NCBI GenBank assembly: GCA_963796275.1
Contig: CAWCKY010000006.1
Span: 2,624,001 to 2,688,000 of the forward strand
DNA from: an uncultured Acidobacteriota bacterium
GTDB lineage: Bacteria; Acidobacteriota; Blastocatellia; RBC074
Reading direction: 5' to 3'
Length of the DNA stretch: 64,000 nucleotides
Made by a program: the position numbers and the translations under genes. Shown here one piece after another: positions 55,101 to 64,000 of this stretch. The stretch's first letter is position 1; each line of letters starts with the position of its first letter. The notes under the pieces are model-generated. The model was not told where the DNA came from. It saw only the letters and a program-made list of their open reading frames with translations, and did no database searches.

Positions 55101-58100
55101 TTAAAAGTTCAGCTTCAACCCCATCACGATGCGACGCGAATCGCGCGCCGTCGTGTATGCGCCGAAGCGAGCGTTGGTCTGCTCGCCGGTATTGGGATTG
55201 AACCGCGCGGTCGTATCAACATCCAGGAATTGCGTATGGTTGAACGCGTTGTACATTTCCAACCGGTACTGCATCGACACCCCCTTTTCGCCGCCGATCC
55301 GGAAGTTCTTGAAGACTGAGATGTCCCAGTTGTTGATGCCGGGGCCGCGAATCGGGTCTTTCGGAGCGTTGCCGATGCCGAACTCGGCCCGGCTCGGCAT
55401 TCTCACCACAGTTGTGTCGAAGTGGCGCGTCGGCGTTCGTTGATCCTTGGGGAGGTTGGGATCGCCGGCGAGCACGACCCGGCTGTCGAGACCGGCGCCC
55501 GAGCCGCCGACGAGATCGGCGCCCGGCGACAGGTTATACCCGATGCCGAGCGGCGCCCCGCTGCTGAATGACGTTATGCCCGACATCTCCCAGCCGTCAA
55601 AGACGGTGCGCGTAAGAGCGTTGTCCCAATATTTGTTCAGGCCGGGAACTTTGTAGACATAGTTGAATGTGAAGATGTGCGTGCGATCGAAGCCCGCCTT
55701 GCCGTAGTTGCGAATTCGCGGGTCGATGAACGGATTGATATTATTGTTATTGCCGTCCACCTGATTCATCGCCTTCGACCAGGTGTAGCTCAGACCGAAC
55801 GCCAGGCTGGTCGTGAAGCGGCGATTAGTCTGTACCTGTAGCGAGTGATAGTTCGAGTTGCCGGCGAACTCGATCATGTTGATGTCGCCGTAGCCTTTGT
55901 ATGGACGAAGGAAGTTATCGGGCAGCGGCGTCGCGCCGCCTGCGACGGTCGAGTCAATGCTCGACGGATTGAACCGCGCACCGTAGGGAACCGAGTTGAT
56001 GCTGCGCCGCTGTAGCAGGTGACGTGCCAGCGACCCGACGTAGGCCACGTCGAGCACGGTGTTGAATCCGATGTCGCGTTGGACGCCAAGGCTGAAGTTG
56101 TAGACAGCCGGCGAATCAAAGTCAGTCTGAATAGAGAAGACACCCGGCGGGCTGACGCTCATATTCCCTTGCCCTGGAGTCGAGAACAGCGCGCTGATCG
56201 TCGTAAAATTCGCTGTCGCCGTGATCACATTCGGAGGTAATTCAACGAGCTGCAATACCTGGTCGTCGTTGAAACGATCGTAAAAAATTCCGACTCCGCC
56301 GCGGAGACTCGTCTTGCCGTCACCGAAGACGTCAAACGCGAAACCAACGCGCGGGCCAAAGTTGATTCCTGGCGAATCGAGAACTCCGTCTTTCACAACG
56401 TTCATTCCCTGGAATGGCGTACCTGTACCGGCCGTATATGTGCCGATTTTAACAGCCTGGAGCGTTTCGCCCGTGACTGGATTGATCCCGCAACGTCTAG
56501 CCCCGAGAGGGCAGGGAATAGCGGAGGACGAAAGATGTGGCTCGATCAACCGGGGTTGCTGTGATGCGTTGTACGACTGCGGGTCAAAGTAGGCAAGATT
56601 ATCGCCCGCGCTTATCGTTGGTTGGATGTAATAGAAACGCATGCCGTAATCGAGTGTCAGTCGTTTGTTTACCTTCCAGTTGTCCTGCAAAAACCATTCG
56701 ACGTTCTTGTAGCGGGCGTGGCCATTCAGCTTGCCGTTCGCTTCGGTGTAGGAATCGACCACGCCGGTCAGCGCATTGGCGAACGGATGCCCTGTGTTGA
56801 GCGGGTTGTTGACGTTGTTGTCGAAGCTGAACGTGCCGTTGAAGGCCGCCGTGCGGGCCGCGTTGCGCGTGGTGTACTCCAGGTAGAATCCCGCCTTCAG
56901 ATTGTGCGATCCCCAGATCTTAGAGAGGTTGTCCGACCAGTTCCAGATGTTGTTGGTTCCGAAGAAGGGGAAGCGCTGCTCGATGTTGAGTTGGGGCGCG
57001 TTCTGGATGACGCCGGCGAAAGTAGCGTTCGGGATCAGGTTCAACGGGTTGATCGACGGATTAAACTGCGGCAGCTCCAGGCCGAGCTTGACCCGGTCGT
57101 TCTTGTCAATGCCGCCCTGGTTGAGCGGATTGACCGTCTGCAGCGCGCGGTTGATGCCGAAGGTCAGCTCGTTGGTGAGCGTCGGGGTGAAGGTGTGAAT
57201 CAATGTGCTCACCAGGCCCCGGCTATCGATTTGATAATTGATCGGGAATTGCGGCCAGACATTCGACGCGAGCACGAAATTGAAATCGCCCTTGAACGCT
57301 TCGTAATTCTGGATGCCACGCGCATAGAAGGTCGTCTTCGAGCCGATGTTCCAATCCATGCGCAAAATCTCTTCGCGGCGCGGCTGGTCGACCGAGCTCT
57401 GGAAGACGGTGTTGAAATTGGCGCCCGCCGTGTTGGGCAGACGGGAAGATGTTGAGCAGCTTCTGCCCGTTCGGGTCGATCTGGTTGATCGGAATAATGT
57501 TCAGTCCTTGAGGGTTGTTGGGTGTCGCGCGCGAGGGATCGCGGAACTGCTGGCCCGTGCTCGGATCGCGGATCACGGTCGAACTTTGCGAGAAATCGCC
57601 GTTGCGTTCGGCCTGCGTCGGAAAAGTCAGATTACCGATGCGCGTCGGATAGCGACGCGGCAGATATTCCTGCGACCAGAAGAAGAACAGCTTGTCTCGG
57701 TTTTTGTTGAAGCCCGTTCCCGGAATAATCACCGGCCCGCCGATATGGCCGCCCCAGTAATTGAACCGGTAATTCGGCTTTGCCAGTCCGTCGCGATTAT
57801 TGAAAAAGCCATTCGCGTTGAACTGCTCGTGGCGTTTGAAATAGAAGCCGCCACCGTGGAAGTCGCGCGTGCCGTTCTTGATGACCACGTTGATCGTGCC
57901 GCCGCTGCTGCGGCCATATTCGGCCTGATAATTGGTCAGCAGGACTTTGATTTCGCCGATGGCGTCGAGTCCCGGCGCGAGATATGGCCCCTGCTGCGAA
58001 CCGGTGTCGAGGCTCGACACGCCGTCGAGCGTCAAATTGAGCGTGCCGGCGCGCGAACCGTTGACGGTGACCCCGACCAGGTTATTCCAGCCGGGCGCTT

Positions 58101-58620
58101 CGCGGTTGGCCGTATCCACCACGCCGGGCAGTAATCGCACCAGCCCCATATAATCGCGCCCTTTGAGCGCGATGTTTTGTATCTGTTCCTCGCTGATCAA
58201 GCCGGCGCGTTCGGCGCTGTTGGTCTGCACCAGGGCCGCGTCGGCGGTGACGGTGACGGTTTGGTTGACATCGCCGACTTCGAGTGTGATGCGCCGCACC
58301 GCGACGCGGTCATTCGCCGTGAGGATGATGCCTTTTTGCTCAAAGCGTTTGAATCCGCTCGCCGTGACGACAATGTTGTAAGTCCCGGATAGCAATTGCG
58401 GCACAACGAAATTGCCCTCGCTGTCACTACTCACGGTGACCATGCGAGCAGTCTCTTCGTTGATGACTTCGATTTTGGCATTGGGCACAACACTACCATT
58501 GGGATCGGTGAGTATGCCGGAGATTTGCCCGGTCAGTCCTTGTGCGTTCACACTCTGGCAGTAACAAACGAACGCAAGGAAGAGCATAAAGAATTTGATC
58601 CTGTTTGTGCTGGGGGACAT
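55101..58620 (-). pseudogene. TonB-dependent receptor (Oar-like, carboxypeptidase-regulatory N-domain) with +1 frameshift near 57441
   Basis: signal peptide, LPGV, NYQAEYGRSSGG, QDNWKV, YNAFNHTQF, C-terminal LKLNF; removing one base joins IFP-LPNTAG. Confidence 0.85.
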
Positions 58621-58794
58621 AGTGACTCCTAACTTTGGTGAATGGGTTGATGGTTATGCACGCACACCTCGCCACGCTAGTAGGCCGAAGCAAGACGCAC
58701 CTATTCGCCTCCTCCACTTCACCTGAAATTCGAAAGCGCCGGAGCTGATTTGCAGGGACAGCTGCCAGCCTCTTTAGCGATGGTTTTTTCTGGA

Positions 58795-58828
58795 GAAAAG
58801 ACCCGCCGGGCCCATCTGCTCCGGCGGG
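58795..58828 (-). terminator. rho-independent terminator after the upstream receptor
   Basis: CCCGCCGG/CCGGCGGG stem followed by TCTTTTC on the minus strand, 30 bp past stop. Confidence 0.65.
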
Positions 58829-58857
58829 CAATTACTTCAGGCATCTGATAAGCGATA

Positions 58858-61800
58858 TCACCAAATGAATTTAGCCCCGAGCTGGTTGATGCGTGCAGGT
58901 CGGGCGCTCAGTATCTGACCGAATTGCGGAGAGGTGATATCTACCTCCGTCTCAAAGAACTGCGTGTGGTTGAAAGCATTGAACGATTCCAGCCTGAACT
59001 GAAGGCGCAGCCGCTCCGAAAGTATAAAGTTCTTGAAGAGAGAGAGGTCGAAATTGCTGATACCGGGCGCACGCAGGATGTTGCGGCCCGAATCGCCGGC
59101 GATGCCGAACGCCGGTTGTGCGAACGCAGCTTTATTGAACCACGAATCGACCGTGCCGGTCCGGCCGCTCTTCGGATCGCCGACGAGGTTCGCCCGGTTG
59201 GTCCCAAAACTATCAAGGAGGTTGCCCAAATCGGCTGCTGTAATTGAGAGCGGGAATCCTCTTTGAAACGTGGCGATTCCGTTCATCTGCCATCCGCCGA
59301 TGATCACATCCGCTGCTTTACTGACGCCGCTCCCCCAACGTTTGCCGCGTCCGAATGGCAAATCATAGACGAAGCTGGTCACCAGACGGTGGTCAACGTC
59401 AAAGTCCGATCGACCGCGATCACGCTGCGGATCGTGGTTGTCCAAAAAGCCCTGGAAGCCGTTAAAGATCGACCCGCCGATGCCGGCAGCAGCGGACTTG
59501 GTGTCGAGGCTCTTCGCCCACGTATAAGCCATCGCCAGCGCCAGTGTAGCGGAGCGGCGTTCGAGCTTGACATTCATCGCGTTGTAGATCGAATTGCCTG
59601 ACCAGTCGCTGTCGATGTAGGTGCCGAAATTGGGATAGGGTTTGCGGGCCACCACCGAGTTGCGTGGATCATCCAGCGGAATGCTCAGGTCAGGCAGCAG
59701 CGCCTGCGCGATGTTGCGGCGCATCAGCAGGTGCGTGCCCTTGTTGCCGATGTAGTTCACCTCGAAGGTCGTGTCCTTGAGGATTTCACGCTGCACCGAG
59801 AGCGACCACTGCTGGACGTAAGGATATTCCGGCGTCGCCGACGATATGACAGCGATGAAGCTGTTCGCGCCCGCTGTCACCGGGCCCGCTGGGAAACTTG
59901 GGAACAAGCGATCGGTCGTCTGAAGCTCCGGGGTGGTGATAAATTGATTGTAATTGCCCCGGCTTACATACGGGTATATGTCCGCCGAACCGTCGATCTC
60001 ACGCCCTTCGGCGGAATCGTAGAAGAGGCCGTAACCGCCGCGGATCACGGTCTTCTCGAAGGGGCGGAAGGCGAATCCGAAACGCGGTGCGAAGACCTTC
60101 TTCGGCGCATCCGCCGGATTGCGCCGGCCGGCATAATTGTAAAAGCTACCGTCGCCGATGATCCCCCTGTCGATCAGAGAACTATCCGCCACCATCATTC
60201 CGCCTCGCGGGTTGGAGACGTCCAGCCAGCCGAAATGGTTGTTGGTCTCGTTAGGCGCTGTGCGGAAGTCCCAGCGCACCCCCAGGTTCAAAGTGAGCCG
60301 CGGATTCACTTTCCAGTCGTCCTGAATGTACGGGGCGACATACTTGAAGTTGTACTGGCGCGCATTACCCGCAGCATCGGGATTGCTGAACGCAGACGGC
60401 TGAAAGACGCTGGCGCCGGAATAGTAGCCGAGCAGGAAATCCGCGATCGGGTGGCCGGTGAAACTACCGCTGAAGGTGAAATCACCGAGAAAATCGGCCG
60501 CCAGGTCTCGATTGAGCTGCCACTGACGATAATTCACTCCGATGTTTAAGGTGTGGGAACCACGAAGCAAGGTTGTAGTGTTGCTGACGTCCCACATGGG
60601 CTGGTAGCTGGTGGTGTAGTCATTGACCGCGCCCCCGGCACGCGAGAATCCTCCGGCGGAAAAGAAGATGCCGGGATACCCGCGTTGCAGATCACTTAAG
60701 GTATCGGTGAAGACGCCGTTCAGCCCCAGCGCTGCGATATCGGCAGGATTGGCCGGCACGCCATTCTGGTTGGCAGTGGCGGTGATACGACCGAAGCGAA
60801 ACTGATTGACCAGCTTAGCGCTGATGGGCCACGAGTGCGAGAGCTGCCAGTTCTGCGATTTCTGAATGAAGAAGGTATCTCCAACCGGCGACACACTATT
60901 GAAATTGGTCCTGGTAAAGTCTGCCTTCGTGAAGCGCCCGAAGACCGTGCCCCATTTCCCCAGATTCTGGTCGCCCCGGACGGTCAACTGATCCGTGTCG
61001 GTCGGCAGGGTCCGGTTCAAAACATAGTTGCCCTGGGAAAGGTTGGAATTGGGGGTGGGGAAAAATTGCGCGCGCGCCAGAATGGCCAGACGCGAAAAAC
61101 GTTCCCGCGGAATGGTGTTGTTGTTCGGAAAAGGCGTGTTCGTCAACGGATCGATGATCGTGGTGGCTCCGAACTGGCCGTCCAACTGCTGGGAAGTCGG
61201 AACATTGAAAAAGGTCTGGGCGCCACTGCGGATGCGCCATCCTTCGTAGTTGACCAGCCAGAATGTTCGGTCGCGCCCGTTGTAGAGTTTCGGGATCCAA
61301 ACCGGGCCGCCCGCGACGAAGCCGTACTGATTCTGCCGCAGCTTCGATTTGGGAGCTCCGGCCAGATTGTTGAAGTAGCCGTTGGCATCGAGCGCATCAT
61401 TGCGGCCAAACCAGAAGGCCGTCCCGTGCAGATCATTCGTCCCGGTCTTGCTGACGATGTTGATCTGGTTGGCGCTGAAACCGAACTCCGCCGAATAGGT
61501 GGCGGTCTGTTCTTTGAACTCCTGGATAGCATCTACCGACAGGACTACCGCCGGAGTGCCGAGGGCCGTATCCGTGTTCGAGGTGCCGTCGAGCATGTAG
61601 TTGTTCGAGGTCGGACGCGACCCGTTGATGCTGATGGCTTGGCCAGCGCCTGCCCGCATCTGGCCCTGCTCGCCGGTGGTCTCGACGGTCCCGCCGTTCA
61701 GAAACAGCAACTGCAGGAAGTTGCGCCCGTTGAGCGGCAATTGAGTGACCTGCCTCTGCGTGATGACCTGTCCAATAGAAGAGGTCTCGCTGTCGAGCGC

Positions 61801-62175
61801 GACTGCGCCCGATTGCACTTCGAGTACCTCCGTCAGCTCCCCGGTCTGGAGCGTGAAGTCGAGTCGCACGACCTGCTCTACCTGCAACCCCAGACCGGTC
61901 TGCAGGACCGGCTTGAAGCCTTCCTTTTGAATAGATATCCGGTACGTCCCTGGCTGAAGCGATGGAACAGTGAAGTAGCCTTCATCGTTCGATAAGGTCT
62001 CGCGCTTGAACCCGTTGCCTTCGTTGGTGACCGTGACTCTGGCGCCCTGGATGACCGCGCGGCTCTGATCGCTGACGCGGCCGGTGACCTGCGCCGTCTG
62101 ACCAAAGACCGTTGCGCCAAGGGCCAGACAGATCACAACGGCCAACACAATTCTGCTGATGCTGAAAGTCGACAT
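58858..62175 (-). CDS. TonB-dependent receptor (Oar-like), intact
   Basis: signal peptide, LPLNGRNFLQL, YSAEFG, QDDWKV, FNAFNHTQF, QLGAKFIW; AGGAGG RBS. Confidence 0.92.
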   Translation of the reverse strand: MSTFSISRIVLAVVICLALGATVFGQTAQVTGRVSDQSRAVIQGARVTVTNEGNGFKRETLSNDEGYFTVPSLQPGTYRISIQKEGFKPVLQTGLGLQVEQVVRLDFTLQTGELTEVLEVQSGAVALDSETSSIGQVITQRQVTQLPLNGRNFLQLLFLNGGTVETTGEQGQMRAGAGQAISINGSRPTSNNYMLDGTSNTDTALGTPAVVLSVDAIQEFKEQTATYSAEFGFSANQINIVSKTGTNDLHGTAFWFGRNDALDANGYFNNLAGAPKSKLRQNQYGFVAGGPVWIPKLYNGRDRTFWLVNYEGWRIRSGAQTFFNVPTSQQLDGQFGATTIIDPLTNTPFPNNNTIPRERFSRLAILARAQFFPTPNSNLSQGNYVLNRTLPTDTDQLTVRGDQNLGKWGTVFGRFTKADFTRTNFNSVSPVGDTFFIQKSQNWQLSHSWPISAKLVNQFRFGRITATANQNGVPANPADIAALGLNGVFTDTLSDLQRGYPGIFFSAGGFSRAGGAVNDYTTSYQPMWDVSNTTTLLRGSHTLNIGVNYRQWQLNRDLAADFLGDFTFSGSFTGHPIADFLLGYYSGASVFQPSAFSNPDAAGNARQYNFKYVAPYIQDDWKVNPRLTLNLGVRWDFRTAPNETNNHFGWLDVSNPRGGMMVADSSLIDRGIIGDGSFYNYAGRRNPADAPKKVFAPRFGFAFRPFEKTVIRGGYGLFYDSAEGREIDGSADIYPYVSRGNYNQFITTPELQTTDRLFPSFPAGPVTAGANSFIAVISSATPEYPYVQQWSLSVQREILKDTTFEVNYIGNKGTHLLMRRNIAQALLPDLSIPLDDPRNSVVARKPYPNFGTYIDSDWSGNSIYNAMNVKLERRSATLALAMAYTWAKSLDTKSAAAGIGGSIFNGFQGFLDNHDPQRDRGRSDFDVDHRLVTSFVYDLPFGRGKRWGSGVSKAADVIIGGWQMNGIATFQRGFPLSITAADLGNLLDSFGTNRANLVGDPKSGRTGTVDSWFNKAAFAQPAFGIAGDSGRNILRAPGISNFDLSLFKNFILSERLRLQFRLESFNAFNHTQFFETEVDITSPQFGQILSARPARINQLGAKFIW

Positions 62176-62191
62176 GATTGCCCTCCTGTGG

Positions 62192-62273
62192 AAATAGTTT
62201 TCAGTTTTCAGTTGGACGGTCTCGATCGGTAACTGAAAACTAAAAACTAAAAACTAAAAACTGAAAACTATTT
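62192..62273. repeat. heptamer (AACTGAA/AACTAAA) tandem repeats arranged as an inverted repeat
   Basis: left arm AAATAGTTTTCAGTTTTCAGTT 62192-62213; right arm five heptamers plus AACTATTT 62231-62273. Confidence 0.85.
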
Positions 62274-62278
62274 TGCTT

Positions 62279-64000
62279 TTACTTGCGAATGTCCTGTTCT
62301 AGCGCCTGAGAGGCGGCATCGAGTTGCGCCAGACCACCTAACATCAGGCTCGCCGCCTGCTCAGGTGAGTCTGCCAGGGGATGCATGGAATCGAACAGGC
62401 GGTAAGCCATATGCTGAGCCTGCTCGATCGATTCGAAGAGTCGCATTATCCGCGCTCTTCGAGTTCCCTCCGCAGGTCGAGGCGAGGAGGCCGCCTCCGC
62501 TCTCGTCCCGGAGATGGCGACGAGCACCGGTTCCAGCTGCACCCGCAGGTTGCGATTTCGCACGCCGATCTCTGATAGATGATCACTGATAATTTCGCGT
62601 AATCGTTCCGCCGCCTCCGCATCGACCTGTTCGTCCACGCTCTCATTGAACCGTTCCGCCAGGCGGCGCAGCGCCCAGCCATTGGTCAGCGCGGCGGAAG
62701 ATTCAGCAAAAACGCCGTTGGCAAGCTGCGTGATCTGGCGGTTGATAGCAGCTCTATTTTTCTGCGTGGGAAGGGCACGTTCGGCGAAATAGTTTGCCAG
62801 CCGCTCCTCAAAATAGTTCATAACGGCAGCGGGTTCGGCGCTCAGGCTCGGCTCCGAAACTGTCTCTGTCGTGGCCGGCGCTTTTACTCTGGCAGGATGG
62901 CCTCCCGATTCGTCAAACGTCCGAATTCGCGCCTCCACCCACGGGATATCTTTGATCGCCGCGATCAGCTCAAGCTTTCGTTCGGGAGTCTCGACCTGGC
63001 CGCGCACTACAATTTGCTCATTCGATTTGCGCGTAACTTCGAGTTGCTCGCCAAGATCGGCCTTTAATCGGTGCAGGGCATAGAGCGCCGCGATCTCGAC
63101 ATTCTGCAATTCGACGGCTGTCGGAAGCGGGCTAACAGAGGGCTTAGGTGAGCTTGGCAATAGAATTCGTCCCGCCGAAGTGGCGGACGAGGGCGTGGTC
63201 TCGACAAAGACAGTGAGTGCCGCCAGCGGCACTACTTCATATGCCGTTTCACTCAGCTCGTAATCGCGTATTTCGTCTTCGCCCCTAACCTTTAGCGTCT
63301 GCGCTATCGGGTGCCAGTCCCGTGCTCGCACCACAAATGATGCTTCAGTGATCTGTCCGGCAGATGGCTTGGCAATCGGCAGCACTCGCAACCTCAGCAT
63401 CTCTCCGTCCCCGGTCTGCAAGCGTGAAACTTCTTCACGTTTCGCAGTCAGCGATTGTCTCCACGCCTGAAACGAAACGGGCGAGAGCGGTTGCTGAGGG
63501 TTCATCCGGTTTGCGCGCAGTACATCAGTTATCTCGGTCAATAGTGCCGCTTCATCCGACTGGCCCGCAGTCTGTTCCTTCGAGCCCTTCACAGATTGTC
63601 GAAAACGCGCATTCACCGTGTCGCACCATAGCTCCCATGTCGCGGTGCGTCCTCCGCGTTTGACCTGCAGCCTCTGATAGATCACGGGCTCCACCCTCGC
63701 GCGCAGTTCCCTCGCCTTGGCCTCGCTCGCCTTCTGTAGAAGTTCGCTCGCCGTAACCACTGGCACACGATCCAACCACGTGAAAAGTGCAACGGCGGCC
63801 AAAGCCACTGTCAGCCCGGCCGTCGTCCAAACCAGCGGACGCGGTAATGCCGCGAGGCGCGAGGCAAAAACACCCCAACTCCAGGGACCATACAGTCGCG
63901 CCAGCCACGACCGGTCACCCAGTTGATCCTTCAGTCCTTGCAATCGCCCCATAAACTTTTGCTCGTTTGAGGGCGGCAGCGCAGTTAAGGGACACAACAC
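62279..64000 (-). CDS. single-pass membrane protein, putative anti-sigma factor-like; 5' end outside window
   Basis: TM helix followed by VTASELLQKA and a large soluble domain; directly upstream of a TonB-dependent receptor. Confidence 0.55.
   Translation of the reverse strand: MLCPLTALPPSNEQKFMGRLQGLKDQLGDRSWLARLYGPWSWGVFASRLAALPRPLVWTTAGLTVALAAVALFTWLDRVPVVTASELLQKASEAKARELRARVEPVIYQRLQVKRGGRTATWELWCDTVNARFRQSVKGSKEQTAGQSDEAALLTEITDVLRANRMNPQQPLSPVSFQAWRQSLTAKREEVSRLQTGDGEMLRLRVLPIAKPSAGQITEASFVVRARDWHPIAQTLKVRGEDEIRDYELSETAYEVVPLAALTVFVETTPSSATSAGRILLPSSPKPSVSPLPTAVELQNVEIAALYALHRLKADLGEQLEVTRKSNEQIVVRGQVETPERKLELIAAIKDIPWVEARIRTFDESGGHPARVKAPATTETVSEPSLSAEPAAVMNYFEERLANYFAERALPTQKNRAAINRQITQLANGVFAESSAALTNGWALRRLAERFNESVDEQVDAEAAERLREIISDHLSEIGVRNRNLRVQLEPVLVAISGTRAEAASSPRPAEGTRRARIMRLFESIEQAQHMAYRLFDSMHPLADSPEQAASLMLGGLAQLDAASQALEQDIRK

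Overview
This looks like accessory DNA from an Acidobacteriota genome, probably Blastocatellia-like. The call rests on the ADOP permease/PadR pairs and the Oar-like TonB-dependent receptors, and is an inference. The window has four blocks. (1) 1-5 kb: NmrA protein, amidohydrolase, Tat-exported PhoD, gene remnants and a 5' fragment of a group II intron. (2) 5-24 kb: a dense array of six ADOP (MacB-like, ATPase-less) permease genes and four PadR regulators. It includes a tandem duplication, an ADOP::metallo-beta-lactamase chimera and a module with two nonsense codons. Each PadR has a sigma70-type promoter overlapped by its own distinct N5-spaced palindrome. (3) 30.5-42.7 kb: a general-stress island (ferritin-like protein, katE, YihY, GT4, two SDRs, SRPBCC, Zn-dehydrogenase, remnants of poxB-like and hemerythrin-like genes) with several sigma54-type -24/-12 motifs. 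Sulfatase/DUF1254 genes and hydrolases follow at 42.7-49.9 kb. (4) 50-64 kb: a PUL-like locus (anti-sigma-like protein, two TonB-dependent receptors, esterase, TIM-barrel isomerase, GH78 rhamnosidase) carrying several single-base frameshifts. I saw no rRNA, tRNA, CRISPR array, intact transposase or reverse transcriptase. All family calls come from motif recognition by eye, without database searches.
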